A stretch of DNA of 64,000 nucleotides from Chrysomallon squamiferum (GCA_012295275.1 CM022669.1:13392001-13456000); one strand, 5' to 3'. Positions 44,421 to 60,444 are shown, counted from the first letter of the stretch. The notes: generated by a model from the letters alone, not told the origin. Made by a program: numbers and translations.

Positions 44421-45663
44421 GAGCGAGATATTAAGAGTTTCCATTAGCAATTATAGCCATGAACATGTTTTCGTTTGTCGATAAAAAACAGGATATTACT
44501 GCCTATTTACAAAGTGCCAACATTAAATAAAGATGTTAGCGTTCATTCGAAGCTACAGATAACAGTATTATATACCTCTCTAAAATTGCATTTCCCTTTC
44601 TCGAAAAAAAGTACACTATTAAGGGAAAGTAATTCATACATTCTACTTGTTTCTTATCTCACATAATAATTAGTCTGGAATATTAATCGGTCGACATAGA
44701 GTTTTATTTCCCTTCCTTACAGGAGAGCACCACGAAGGCAGCGAACTCGTACATTCTGGATCTTGCTTACGTGAGAAATGATGCAGTTTTATCATCGTAA
44801 AAACGTATTGAACGTGATGACATTAGTGTCAGAAACATAACATGTTTTTGAGATGAAATTCAAGGTTTATTAGCTTCGTTATAAAGTTATTTATAATTTT
44901 AAAATAACAAAAAAAAAAAAAAATAATAACACTGTTATTGAAATTCATTTATGGGTGACATTTAAACGAAAATGTATTATATAAATAGAAGATAAGGAAT
45001 GAATTAAAGGATAAATGTTAACATACATTCATAAATACAGACATAGGTGCAGATAAACGACAGACGGACAAAAACATATATACGTACAGACATATACGAA
45101 CATAAATACATACATACATACATACATACATAAGTAAATGCACACATACACACGTACATACATAAACACATACTAATTACACACATAGATATACATTCAT
45201 ACATATAATATATACGTACATACTTACGTACGTACGTGTACATACAATCCGTCCATTGATACATCTGTCTATATTTGTACATTTCCTATCCGCAATATCA
45301 CTGACTGATTGACTGAAGGAATCGTTCAAATAATGTAAAATCATTAATCGATTAGAAAAAGGTATCAGTACCATCTCTGTGAATGAGTTTAAAATTTTTT
45401 TATTTTTTATTTTTTTTTTTTTAAATTACTCTTTCGGCATTACTAGAAAAGGTCTAAAGTATTCGGTTTCCTGTCAATAAAGTTACGTTTGTGTGCCTGC
45501 CTTCGTCTCCCGTCTTCTTCCAGTCAAAGTCTGTCAGTAGACTGATTACGTCTAAAAGCAACATTTCAGAGTACCATTAAGTTAAGCGTTCTTCTAATTT
45601 TATTTTCCTGCTTAATGTCTTTCTTAAACGTGTTTCTTTTTTGGTTGTTTATTTTAAATGATT

Positions 45664-45696
<33 letters not shown>

Positions 45697-45904
45697 TTTA
45701 TTTACTTAAAAACAAACGAACAAAGAGACAAAAGTAAAATAATTATAAGTACAAAACAACAACAACAACAATAATAATAGCAAGAACAACAAGAGTAATA
45801 ATAATAACAATAATAAAAAAAAAAAAAAAAAAATAATAATAATAATAATAATAATAACAATAATAACAACAATAATAATAAATATAAATAATAATAATAA
45901 AATA

Positions 45905-45955
<51 letters not shown>

Positions 45956-46523
45956 AAAACTTTACCTTTTCATTCCTCGGAAAGAATCAACGCTTCGGAC
46001 TGCTTGAAGAAAACGCCAACGACGACGACGAGGGCTCTTTTAGAAAAAGCAGCAACCACGCCTTACGCACGACGTAATTAAGACAAAAAGAACCGGCGAG
46101 TCGCAGGTAACGTAGACCTGTCTATCGTACAGAGAGGAGTGATGGCCAGGCTAGCTGTCTACAGCTCGGAGTCTATCGTCAGTACCAGCTCTTGATCGAT
46201 TACAAAACAAAGGAACTGAAATCAGGCAAGCAGATCATCAGTGGAAATTACTCGCATTTATTTTGTTATTTTTCATCTCCTTTTCCAGACATTTAACTTT
46301 AAACGCGCCGTCGAATATCACACCCCTTGAAGTTAATTAGTTACGGGGGAATAAGGTGCGATGAAAAAATTAAATGCGAAATTAGGTACTAAACTCCTTT
46401 TTGATTATTTTTCGAAAAAAAAAAAAAAAAAATTAAATAAAAAAAAAAAAATAATAAATACAAAAATAAACGATTAAAATAAAATACAGTAATGAAAAGA
46501 ATTATTAATAATCATACTTACTC

Positions 46524-46561
<38 letters not shown>

Positions 46562-47253
46562 TGCCTGTTTTTTTTGCGCTGACTATACACAAATGAAGAC
46601 CGCCACACGACAACTCAGAGAATTTCGGTTGAAGCTATTCACTGGATCTACGTGGAGGTATTAATGTGATTTATTCGGAAAATGAATTCAGTATTTTGAT
46701 GCATCAAAGCCGGAAAAATGAACCTATATATCATTTCTTATAAAAAAAAAAAAAAAAAAAAAAATCTCATTTCATGGATAACCATTAATGAACAAACGAG
46801 ACTTTTCGGCAACAAAAGCGTCTCTGAAGCCATTGTATTTTAACAACCAGCTTTTCACTTGACGAAGAATTCTCGATAAGCTTCCGTGACCATGTTATAT
46901 TAAATTTTTCGGAAACGTGGTTAATTAATCTGTTAATGATTTCGTTTACGTAATATTCTAGACGTTTATTAAGAAAAGAAGAAGTTCGCTAGGTAAAAAG
47001 AGATTTTATTATGCAGTTTGTTTAAGTACAAGACATTTTTGATTTAAAGATTAGAGCTTACGGTTTTGCGCTCAACACAGCAATAACAGTTTTGGGACTT
47101 TTTTAAATATTTTATTATTATATATATTTTTTTAATTGTTAGAGTTTAAGCCTGAGTGGTAAAAAAAGAAAAAAAGATTGTTCACACAAACATAAAAGAG
47201 AAACAAATCATTTACTTATGTACAGTTGAATAGAAAAAAAGACAAAGGCAGTG

Positions 47254-47549
<296 letters not shown>

Positions 47550-47565
47550 AGATGAGAAATTTTAA

Positions 47566-47925
47566 CATCAGGAAGTTTAATCGTAAAACAAAGCGCTTTA
47601 ATTCGTTTTATTTTAAAAAGCAAAATAATTCAGATTAATATCAGGAAGTTTGTACATCCTCGTAATTCGTAAAACAAATCGCTTTAATTCGTTTATATTT
47701 TAATACATTATGCAAAATCTAATTCAGATTAATATCTGGTCTGGCTCTATAAACATAGAAGTTTGAAATATGGAATTTTGTGCGTCAAAATTCATAAAAC
47801 AAATCGCTTTAATTCGTTTATATTTTAATACATTATGCAAAATCTAATTCAGATTAATATCTGGTCTGGCTCTATAAACATAGAAGTTTGAAATATGGAA
47901 TTTTGTGTGTCAAAATTCATAAAAC
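47566..47925. repeat. 125-bp tandem duplication (2 near-perfect copies) preceded by a shorter diverged copy
   Basis: aaaacaaatcgctttaattcg... starts at 47671 and 47796, with one visible mismatch (tgcgtc/tgtgtc); older partial copy at ~47566-47670. Confidence 0.95.
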
Positions 47926-48153
47926 CCAGAGATTTACATTTTCCTGAAGCTTATGTTTGGTTTTCTGCCTTTTCTGCTTCATTAGCACTCCATTAATTTA
48001 TGGGTCAATAATGCTTTTGTAATTCTTTATTTTATTTTCCCATGTGGAATAAAACTGTCCTTTTACCGGTCGGCTGGTTGTTTCCAAACCAATGAACGTT
48101 AATAAATAAAAAGTGGTCTGGTCATTAAACATACGAAAATGGCGAGAAGGAGA

Positions 48154-48237
<84 letters not shown>

Positions 48238-48369
48238 AAAATAAAATATATGGATAGCTGGATAGCGTGTGTGTTTGTGAGTGTGTGCGTGTCTGTGAAA
48301 TGCGAGATAGAGATAAAGAATGAGGATGACAAAAAGATTACCCTCACACACATTTGTGCATACGTATAT

Positions 48370-48460
<91 letters not shown>

Positions 48461-49078
48461 CAGAGAGAGAGAGTCTCAGATACGTACTACTTACTCAAAA
48501 TATACATTCCAAAATTCCCACAGTTAGATGTTAAGAAGAGAACAAAACACTTGCGAAAGACGACACTGACAAGACATTAGTATGCTTAATAGTCACTTCC
48601 TCCAGTAATATTAATATCCATTAACAGACTATCGAGTGTCTGGCTCGAAATATTTCATTGCAAACGAACAGCAAAGGTTCATCCAATTATTCTCATTGTC
48701 ATTCATTTCATTAGACTCGGTGCAGAAATTAAGCCATATGCTTTTTTTTCCAAAATTATCCTGAAAGCTTAACTTATTGGAAACCAGCGCCTGTTCGTTA
48801 GTCGTTCTGTATATATAAAAAAATGATGTTCTTATGTTAAAAATAACGCTAATTTATTGTTACTCAATTTTCAAGTTTTGTACTGAAGAATAACAGTCAG
48901 TCGCTCACTCATAAAGAAACACACGTACGCACACACACACATTGACAGAGTACATACATCCGACATATAGAATAGTCTAGCATCAAAGCGGTAGCTGGGT
49001 CACACAAACACACGCACGCACACACACATATATGCAGAGAGACAGACACATACGCACAAATGAAAAAAGTAAAAATGA

Positions 49079-49133
<55 letters not shown>

Positions 49134-49139
49134 GCAGTT

Positions 49140-49340
49140 ACACAAAACAAAATTTCTCTGGTCATTTAATCTGGCATGCTTTTGGTGTAAAAACCAGCGG
49201 GGACCACGTGACCTCGCCAACAATTCTTCCAATGTTAAAAACTCACTGTTAATCAAATCGCTTTGCGTGGTCAGCTCATGAGAAATTAATCGTGATTGGT
49301 GCGTACACAGCAGCTAATTATCGAATCACCCAACCATAAT
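49140..49340 (-). mobile_element. Degenerate RTE (BovB-like) LINE relic
   Basis: CVRT..INFS*ADH and LEELLARSRGPRWFLH..ARLNDQR resemble CLR.ILNISW.DH..IE.LL..RLRW.GHVARM.D.R. Confidence 0.5.
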
Positions 49341-50869
49341 CTTTATAGTGTGATGCTTTGGAAATGACTGAAAGGTCAAGGTGAAGGCCAGTTGTTAAAA
49401 AATCGTTTTCGGGGCAAGCTGACAAGCGATACGCTTGTCTAGAATGGTCGTAATTTCCATTAGTTAATGCTTAAAGGCAAAACCGTATTTTATTCTAATT
49501 ATATAGTGATCGGACGTCAGAATCTTCTTGTTAATTATTCAATATGGAGGAAACATTTTAGTGGAAAAAAGAGTGAAATTAGCTTTCATTTATTTGCGTT
49601 AGCTAGATGATGACATTTAAATTGTTAAATATATATTTGTTTAAATCAGATACCAAAAAATCAATAATGGAAAAAAAACATATTTAACTAATATTCATCG
49701 ATATAAAAAAAAACAATAAACACCTTTCAAACTCATTAAACACACATCGTTCATAACGAAAATGTTTATTAATATTTGATTACTGCCTGCATTTTGCATT
49801 TAATCTGACTAATAGCAGAGTCGTTAAATCCACGGAAAAGCACTTTGGCAAACAGTGCTATTCTTCGCCGTCTTGAATAACTGAAAATCTTCCATCAAAC
49901 ACTAAGTAGTGAAGGACACAGAATGCAAGCGCAAAGCGATGGTTTTAAAACGTGTTATCTTTTAGTTACTGCAGTTTTGTGCATGTAGAAGCATGCATAA
50001 TTCCTCTGTTCATATAACGTCAAACTGAATTTTCAAAAAACCGCTGATGATAAAAAAACTTTTGTTTTCTATCGAAATGATGACAATTGAAAACGAAGGC
50101 TAATAACCCAATCGAAGATATCATTAATGAACACCATCAGTGCCAATATTTATCTTACAGTCTTTACTTGAAATGTTACAGAATTATAAATAATTGATTG
50201 TGAATATGGAAATATGTGTTGTTCTGTTTATCTTTTTTCTGAATCCCGCTGTTGTGACTTTAGCTATCTACATAGCTGTTTAATCTGATTCTTTATTTTC
50301 TTTTCTGTCTGTCTCTGTCTCTTTTTATGTTTAACTATTTTTGTCATTCGTTTATCTGTCTGTCTAAGTCTGGCGTGTATATGAATAGATATATGTGTGT
50401 GTGTGTGTGTGTATGTGTGTGTGTGTGTGTGTGTGCAAACACACATATATAGATAGATAGCTATAGATATATGTATATGTGTGTGTGTATGCTGTGTGTA
50501 TCTACGTATGTATGTATGTTTATTTGTATGTATACATATATGTGTATATATATCTCAATTTAACACAAATCAGTTAATTAAACTAGAAATTATAATCTGA
50601 GTATATCAACCTTACAGAGTTTTAAATAAACTGTTGAATTTTTATATTGCTACTGAGCACCAAAACGTTTTGCCTTTACCAATAGTTCGACATCCCACAG
50701 CCTGTGTATTTTTTCGAGCTGGCGATGTCGCCAAACAATCATCCATTCATTGACAAGTTAGAGAGAGGCCGAGAAAGGAACGAAAACAAAAAAAAGCACT
50801 CTTCAGCTCTATTATGAGTCCATCAGCGACTGCTGCTTACCTCGCATCCTTTTAACATTCTGAGGTCCA

Positions 50870-51280
50870 TTACAAGACGGCTACTAACACAAACCAGATT
50901 ACTTCACTGAAAAAGCCTCTCAGCGGACGAGAGTTCCTGATAACAGTAGCCTGGGATCTAGTTACCTTCTGGTCGTTCACGAAGTCGATACAAAACCTCT
51001 GAACACAAGCTTTACTCGCGAGAGACCTCTTGGCCTGTGGGTCATGCTTCATGCGTTGGCGAATGTAAAATAAAAATTTATGTATTAATGGAGTTTCAGA
51101 TTCGATCTGGCAGTATGTTCATTAATGCATATATCCTAATTAAGAATATCAGTCTCTGTGCTCTGAATCTGTGGAGCGTTAATTTATAAGAAGAAAAACT
51201 GCTTATTGCCATTTGGGCAAACTTCAAAATGTGGCCGATTGTAAACAATAGGTTTTGTCCAAAACGTATATTGTAAGTAC
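50870..51280 (-). mobile_element. Possible RTE LINE C-terminal relic
   Basis: RAQRLIF..PDRI..ILHSPTHEA*PTGQ..AERLFQ*SNLV resembles R.RL.F.GH..R..ILW.PTHG.R..GRP..DR..WR.LV. Confidence 0.4.
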
Positions 51281-51424
51281 GCACGTATACATGTATTTGT
51301 GTATGTATGTGTGTATGTTTGTGTGTTTGTGTATGTATGTATGGATATATGTATGAATGTTCATACGAATACTTGTCTCTATGTATGTATGTATACATGA
51401 TTGTATGTGTGTATGTATAGAGAA

Positions 51425-51478
<54 letters not shown>

Positions 51479-51623
51479 ATGCGCAGTACTCTACTAATAA
51501 GCACGAACATTGATCTGTAAGGAATAATGCAACTTTTACTGTTAGCAAAGTCTATGGACTCCCTATCCGAATTTCGAAAAGTAAAAAATCCGAAGTGTGT
51601 TCAGGTCTTAAACTTTTCAGATG

Positions 51624-51684
<61 letters not shown>

Positions 51685-51992
51685 GTGTGTCTGTATATTT
51701 AGGTATGTATGTATAACTTTACCTCGTTAGAACGGCAAGATGAAATACGCTTTTATTTCATTACCTACACATCAAGTCCGTAATTTTCCTCCATTGTTAT
51801 TATTTATTTATTTCTGTGTAATTTCGTCTTTAAATCATTTCACCACAGCGATCGAATTTCCGTTTTCGAAAAATCCAGGATCCGTTCCTATAATTATTTT
51901 ATATGTAGAAACGAATGTAACGTAAACAGGTTATATGACCTCACCTTATTTTTATTCGTGGAAAACCTATTTCCGATATCATCACCGAAGGT

Positions 51993-52036
<44 letters not shown>

Positions 52037-52338
52037 AAAAGAAAAGAAAAGAAAAGGACAACATTAATCGTGTTTGCCCATCGCGTCTTTTGTATATCAA
52101 ATCTTTCCTAGCCTCCAGGTGTTGGCTGAAGTCTGTGATCTTAATGTGTTATTGATAAAATAATTATTCCGAACGAAGCTTTGAGCTATTCTGAATAACC
52201 TTTCTTTCTTTCCGCGTTAGTTTAGCACTTATATTTTTTTTTTTTTTTTTTTTGGCAAATCAGAAATACGAATAATGTCAGTGATACAGATAAAAATTAT
52301 ACAACATCAATTCATTCTCAAATATCTTTCCTACAGGG

Positions 52339-52375
<37 letters not shown>

Positions 52376-52508
52376 AACAAAAGCGTTTATAATATTAAGC
52401 GAAGTTTATGATAAATAAAAACAAAATAAATAACTTTATACGGAAAAGGATTATTTATTACTAAACTATTGCTGGTACTGAACAAAAACAATTAAATTAC
52501 TAATAATA

Positions 52509-52545
<37 letters not shown>

Positions 52546-52830
52546 GAACAGTTCATCGGAGAAAAAAAGTGTATTTATATTTTCTTTATTCCATTTAGAA
52601 TCCTGTGATAAGTTATAACATTATGTGTATAAATTTGTTTATTTATTTATTTATTTATTTTAAAATGTTATATTCTGTTGAATTTCCATTTTTAGTTTAA
52701 TGCAGTACGAGATAAATCGACAGATATAGAAGGAGAGATAGGTAGAATGAGATAGACCGATATAGAGAAATGTAGAGATAATAATTACAGAGATAGAGAT
52801 AGATTGTCAGAGCCATATATACGTGTGCTC

Positions 52831-52917
<87 letters not shown>

Positions 52918-53414
52918 GTTATGAGGACATGATTTTAATTCATTGAATATTTCTTAACAAAGTACATAATGGCAAATGAAATAGTAAAAAATAATAATAA
53001 ATAAATAAACCATACACTGCCATGGAAACAAATTTTTAAAAAATGTGCATAAAGTCATTTGGGAACTATACTTATGAATATACGTTTCTTCTAATAACAA
53101 AAGCAATTTATCATTATAACCATCAACACATAAATATGCATCGGTTTCAGCCGAATTGTAAATTTTTTTGTTTTTCAGATTAGTTTATCCTGCCTAGAAT
53201 TTTCTCATCAGATTAATTTACGAAGATTACTTCATGCTGTCCTGTCAATGGCAAAAACCAAATAATCTCTGTTTTCTCTCTTTCTCTTACGCAGTTTTAT
53301 CTGTGCATGTAAGATAGGTAAGCATAACCATATCACGTCTACCGATATAGCTCCTGTAACAACAACAACAACAACAACAACAACAATAACAACAACAACA
53401 ATAATAACATAACA

Positions 53415-53465
<51 letters not shown>

Positions 53466-53812
53466 GCAATTGTGGTAGTGGTATTAGGAGTTGTAGTACT
53501 CGTAATGGTAGTGGAAATAGAGGTAGTATTAGTAGTACTAATCGTAATGGTAGTACTGTAGTAGTTATAGTAATAGTGATAGAAAATAAATAAATAAATT
53601 ATATGTAATCATTCATTTCTACTTGCAGTCGGTTATTATAACTTTTTTTTTTTTTTATATTTGTATTTTATCAGTATTATCTGAAAAGGGAATTCTCTGA
53701 TTAACTAAATGAATCAAAAAGTAAAGAATTAACTGAGACAATGATTCTTTTTAACAAAACCAAATATTCAAATTGAGGATGACATAATTTAAACAGGAAG
53801 AAAAAAAATTAA

Positions 53813-53891
<79 letters not shown>

Positions 53892-54775
53892 GAAAAAAGA
53901 AACAATTTTATTTATTTATTTATTTATTTATTAATCTTTACCATTTATTGTCCACACTTCTTTGTGTATGTGAGTTTATCCGCATCGTTACCTCCGAAGT
54001 GATACCATCATTAAAAAAAACTACAACACGGACGAACTCTTCACTTCTCTTGCGATTTCTACATAAAACAGTCAGCACTTTTACGCTCTGACCCGATTCT
54101 GCCAAAAATCACAGCTTTCCTCTTCAGAATCAAACACCCAGAAACGATTTGCCGAAACAGAAAAGGCCTGGCTAATCTTGAAGTTTCTTACTGGTATCGA
54201 GTAAATATTAAATTTGTTAGCTCGAGAGAAATAAAGCTCTTCACAAGCTCTGAATGTCGGTCTTATTTCTGTTAGGTTTTCAAATTGATGGTCTTCACGC
54301 GAGTTCGTCTGAACTGGGCGATATGGGTTCAGGTACCATTAAACAGCAGCGGTTTTTTTTTTACGTTCTCAAAGACTTCCAGAAAACTTAGTCGTAATCG
54401 GCTCGTTACGTCAAACATTGCACTGCATAGTTAACAGTAATGGTAGTAAGTAGTTTTGATTTATTTAACATGCTGAGGATTAATGTAGATTTTACCTGTT
54501 TCAAAATGCTGGAATGAAAAGAAATAATGTATTGATTTTAAAAGTTGCACAACGGAAGAAAGAAGTATATATGTATATACGTTGTTAGATAAGTTTTTTT
54601 TTCTTATGTTTTTTTTTTTTAGTTTCTTTTTATTATTATTTTTTCTCTCCTATATATCTTTTTTTTTGATATCTTCTGGTTCCTTCTCTTTTTCTCTCAT
54701 TCACAGATCCTTTGTGTCTGTCTTTCTGTCTCTGTCTCTCTCTCCATCCCTTCTTCTCTCTCTCTGTCCATCCCT

Positions 54776-54813
<38 letters not shown>

Positions 54814-55869
54814 AACTCTAACTCTTTCTCTCTCTCTCACTCAAGCCAGTCCAGTAGCTATTTCCATAAAACCGTATTTAGAAGATAATTGTAAAACAAA
54901 CTAAATTTATCACCCTTTCAGACCAAATTGACAACGACTACGAATCAAGCCCGTGTTCTATACACAACTGACTCCTCTTCACGAAAATGTGACCGATCTC
55001 GAAATGGAGATTACAAGTTAAAAGAAACCCAAGTGTATAATTTGTCTGGGATTTTGTTTGCGAAAATTACAGGCACTGGACCAGTATTGTGAGGTGGGTT
55101 CTTAAAATGTTTCGTTCAAGAGTCTGTCTTCTCTCGTAAGAATTATCGTGCTAACGAGGGTCTTGATAAATAGTGTAGTTACTGTCAGCTAATTCGACCC
55201 GTGCAATCAATCCTTCGAATCTAAACTTTCCATTAACGTTTATCATGATGAAAGATAAAGAGAAAACAGTTTATTTGTTTTAAAAAATGAGTCCATGTCT
55301 TAATATATATATATTTGTTTTTTAAAGAATACAGTTATCATTAACTAGAACAATATTCTATTACTTAATAAATATTATAAAATAATAAGCTATATTTAAG
55401 TAATTTTGGCTATGCATGTGTGTATGTTTATATGTGTGTGTGTATCTGTCTGTGTGTGTGTGTGTATGTGTCTGTGTCTATGTAAAACGTATCATTCACC
55501 ACTAAAAGTTGCCTATTATTCAACGGAATAGGCTTAAACAGTTCAGCTTTCAAAATATCATAATAATAATAATAAATGATTAATATCAAATGTAAAATAT
55601 TTTAGACATCGTCAAAAAAATGTTGTCCTTTCTCATTCGAAAAGAGCAAATCGAGAGATAAAATATTAATAAAGATATCATCTTCTTGTTTTTTTGACAA
55701 TGGCCTTAAGGTAAATGCCTGGAAATTTTTCCTTAGATTTATAAAAACGTAGAACTGCCATATACGATTCAGAACACAGTGTCACTAATTTTATTTTCAT
55801 AAAATATTTGAGAGGCACAAACTGACTTTTCCCTTGATTTTAAGTATTTACTTTTGACGGTTTTGCACT

Positions 55870-56145
<276 letters not shown>

Positions 56146-56919
56146 GTTTTCAGCCCAGCCGATCGTCGGAATAAGCTACTTTTTTCTTCTTTTTTATATT
56201 ACTATAGCAAAAGTAGTATAATAATAATAGTAGTAGTTGTAGTTGTAGTAGTAGTAGGAGTATAGTACTAGTACTAAAGTAGTTGTAGTATTAGTAGTAA
56301 CTGTAGTAACAGTTGTAGTTGTACTAGTATTAGAATAGCAATAGTAGTAGTAGCAGTAGATGTAGTAGTAGTTGTAGTGGTAGTAGTAGTAGCAGTAGAT
56401 GTAGTAGTAGTTGTAGTGGTAGTAGTAGCAGTAGTAGCAATAGTAGTAGTAGTAGTAGTAGTAGTAGTATCATTATTCTAACAGAAAGTAGAAACAGTTG
56501 TAATACGGTTATGCTGGTTATGCTGATTATTCAGACATCAGAACTGACTGTGTAACACTCACTCAGATTGTTCACGTATCAGTTTCCACTTACTTTTATC
56601 ACACTTACAACTTGACCCCAGAAATCAATACACGTAATAGCTGTTATTAAAAAGGTATGAAGGTAATGAAATGAACGAATAAAACCACTGGAACTTTATA
56701 ACTCCATCGAACATCGTTGTTGCGCCCCAAGAAGACTTTTACGCCAGTGTTCAGCGTAAAAGGGGAAATTAGTATTACCACAATAAATATGAAATGGAAA
56801 CTGACACGGTTACTTGCCATATAAAGCGCATACCGATATTACTATAGAGGCAGTTAATATTTGACCGTCGCAATAATCTGAAGTTTGAAAGGGTTTTTTG
56901 CATTAGTTAAGTAAGTGAG

Positions 56920-57150
56920 GGCAGATTCGTATTTGTTAAGTGATTCAAGAGATATTTATTTGTTCACTCATTCAGCAGATATGTATTTGTTCAGTGATTT
57001 AACAGATATTTATTTTTTCACCGATTCAACAGATATTTATTTGTTCAGTAAATTCAGAAGATATTTATTTGTTCAGTAATTCATGAAATATTTATTTGTT
57101 CACAGGTTCAACAGATATTTATCTGTTCACTAATTCAGCAGACAATTTTC
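56920..57150. repeat. 27-bp minisatellite, ~8 copies (agatatttatttgttcactcattcagc)
   Basis: Clear periodicity. Confidence 0.92.
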
Positions 57151-57815
57151 TGCTAATTGAGTCACTGAAAAAAGATTTGCATGTTGAGCAAAAAACAAAA
57201 AGATAACACACACAATAATACAACCAACAAAACAACAACAACCACAAAAAAAAATAAATAAATAAATAAATAAACGAATAAATAAATAAATAAAAAAGGA
57301 ATCACAAACAAAAACAATAACAAACAAAAAACAATGTTTATTTGTTGAAACAGACAGTCTGTATTCATACGTCTATTTATAGCAATAAAATACAAATGAC
57401 TTTATGAATTAATCAGTCAAAAGATTTGTATTTGTCCTCTTAATTAAAATAAAAGAAAATGATGTTTTTATGAACTGTCGAGATTTTCTGGGAATTGATT
57501 ATTGGCTTTTCCTAAAAAATGTCTACCTAAAGAAAGAAAGAAAGAAAGAAAGAGAAAGAAAAAAAAAAAAAAAAAGAAAGAAAAAGAAAGAAAGAAAGAA
57601 AGAAAGAAAAAAGTTGAAATAAAGAAAGGAAAAAACGAATAAAATGAATGAATGAATGAGAATTTAAAATTACTCATTTCTATTTCGTTTTTGTTATTGT
57701 TGTTGAGTTTGAGCTTTTATTTTATTTTTGTTATTTTTTGTGGGGTGCGTGGGGTTTGTTCATTGTTATTCAGCTTTTAAAACACTAAAATATATTTTTT
57801 TTCATTAGAAATCTC

Positions 57816-57965
57816 TTAATGCTTCTTCGTGAAGTTAATGCCCCTGTCATTACTTAGAAGTTGTTGGCGACACTTTGCTCTTTCTGGGCTTCCTGAAATG
57901 TTAGCTGTAGGTTCAGTGACTCTCAGCTGAGTTTGAAACATTAACAGCTCGAGCAGCTGTCGCGA
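57816..57965 (-). mobile_element. Possible RTE LINE relic
   Basis: LLELLMFQTQLRV..R..QQLL resembles IE.LLM..QLRW..RLPKQLL. Confidence 0.3.
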
Positions 57966-58879
57966 CGACAACGGCAATAACAGCATCAGTGAGAATGGAA
58001 ACAACAACATCAACAGCACAGCACTGTGAAAGCAACGACAAAACCAGAAATAAAATCAGGAACAACATCGGCTACGACAACAGAAAGAAAACATCAAAAT
58101 ACCAACAACTTAGACACACATGAGTAACAGAACGTCAGAATCAACAACACCACCAACAACATCAGAATCATCATGAGAACTATTGCACCAACAAACAAAA
58201 AAAAAAGCAACCCAACAACAGCGACGACAACATTCTGTACCAGCAAAAGCACTACCAACAGATCTACCAGGATTAGCAGTGATATGCAACCATAAACACA
58301 TTACGAACAACTACGACTACGACAGCAGAAGGAAAATTTCCAGTAATAAAATACCAGCGACGACAACGATGATGTTGGTGACAAACACAAATTAACGCAT
58401 CACTCAAGTGTTCTAAATTGAATGACCTGACAAATCTATACCATTCCATATTTTCTTTTCGGATACAAAATTACGGCAAAAACCCTCACAAAAATATAAC
58501 CGTAATTCAATAACTTGTGATAGAAATTTCTATTTCAAAGATTTCTTCTAGCTGTGTTGCATTTCACTGTGTCAATATTGAAAGACGAAATCTCGGTTAA
58601 CTACGCATGCCTTTACAGGATTCTGTGCAAACCAAGAATCTGCAAGTTTTGCTGATTGGTATTTGTATATCAGGTGATGCTGTACAATATAGGTCAGATT
58701 GATTGTCAGTAATTTTAATTATGATATGTATTAGATGACAGAATTTATAGAAATGGAATATTTAATAAAATCCCAGTAACGATAATTCATGTCATTGTTG
58801 TAGTGATATAACTAAACGAAATAAGAAACAAAAAAACAGTTACAGTAAACTTAATTTAAAGGACATTTTTTTCAATAGA

Positions 58880-59031
58880 CTTCGGATTTAGCAAGTGGAA
58901 ATTTAGCTAATTTCTTTAGGTCCAAAGCAAGAGCTTGAACATCTTTCAATCATCTGTACTTCATTGGACAATTCTTCGCGTGTATTAGCCATTAGATAGA
59001 AAGTCTCACTATTATCAAATTCGTCTACATT
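58880..59031 (-). mobile_element. Degenerate RTE LINE RT fragment
   Basis: LMANTREELSNEVQMIERCSSSCFGPKEIS*..AKSEV resembles LAG.EEELANLVERLDKAS..YGMEIS.EKSKV. Confidence 0.5.
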
Positions 59032-59255
59032 TTATCATCATCATCGTCATAATTGCTATTATTATTATTATTATTATTGTTCATTAGTTTCGGAAGATAA
59101 GTAAAACGTAATAATACGAAAACGTATTAAGATCAACAGTATACAAACTGAATAATAAAACAAACATGATGAAAATATATAGAGAATAAAATGATAAATC
59201 AGATGTGTGTTTCCATATGAATATGTATTTGAATAATATAGACAGACACACACAG

Positions 59256-59350
<95 letters not shown>

Positions 59351-59929
59351 GGTTATAGCTAACAGATTATAATTAAAAATCGTTTTGAAGATAGCGTTTT
59401 TTCTATTAAACTAAGGGAAACCACTGTCCATTTTTAGTGTTAACATAGTGTAGCAGAACGTTGAAATTATCTCCCTTTATTCCACATATTTCACTTGAAA
59501 TGAAGTTCTTTTTTCAGGAATTATGGTTTTAGAGAATAGGTTTCTTTTATTTTATTGGACCATATTCTGTTGTCGCCTGAAAATAGTTTTAGGGGATCAT
59601 ATGTGTATATTTATGTATATGTATATTTGCACGGATTCTGGTAAAAAACCCAAAATAAAGCATAATATTTTACATTATATAAAAATATATATATATAATA
59701 AAAATAAATAAAATAAAATAAAATAAAATAAAATAATATAAAATAAATGTTTAAAATTACAAAATAAATTATTAAAATAAAATAAAATAAAATAAAATAA
59801 AATAAAATAAATAAAATAAAATAAATGTTTAAAAATTACTGTATGTTTTGTTACCCTGTGTCATGTTAACAAAATGAAATTACAAAAGGAATGAATCTTT
59901 AATTCATTTTAATATTACCTTTTGAGAAA

Positions 59930-60160
59930 TCAGATATATTTTTTATATAACGGTGATATAAGAAGTAAACAATTCGTCCTCCATGGATATGATTTTTTTT
60001 TAAGCCGAAAAGCATATTTTATGTGTACCCTCCCATATACAGGAGAGCACAAACCATGGTGTGTGGTCAGACAATTGTGGAGGACTATTAAGAACGGGAA
60101 AATGGCACTGACAAGTATTGGTTCCGGCAACTGTAAAGCCCTTGATGACTATTAAGCAGT
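59930..60160 (-). mobile_element. SINE family B (Meta-domain-like) copy, diverged
   Basis: Reverse complement tttcccgttc..ctccacaa..ccatggtttgtgctctcctgtatatgggagggtacacataaaatat matches the core seen at 34570-34690. Confidence 0.6.
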
Positions 60161-60444
60161 TCCGTCGTATTATAACACAAATCAGACAGAATAGAATTAT
60201 TATTCCAAACGGTGTGAACGGGGAAAAAAAAATAATAGAAAAAGATTTACGAAAATGTCTATCCAATAACACACTGTCAATCCAATTATGTTGTGATTTC
60301 TACTGAAGTGAAGACCGCAAATTTTATTTTGAAGAATACCAATGAACTTACTCAACAGGAAAAATTAAATAACATCTACAGAGGTTTTTTTTTTTATGCA
60401 TTTCATTTATTTCGTTTTCACAAGTACATACGGGATATATTTGC

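Noticed and set aside
50841-50906. Minus-strand exon bounded by good splice signals
   Set aside because: Stops in all three frames, and it overlaps a probable LINE relic.
58903-59031. PH-domain C-terminal exon (TFYLMANTREEL..)
   Set aside because: Lacks the conserved Trp and a splice acceptor; downstream FG..EIS fits RTE RT better.
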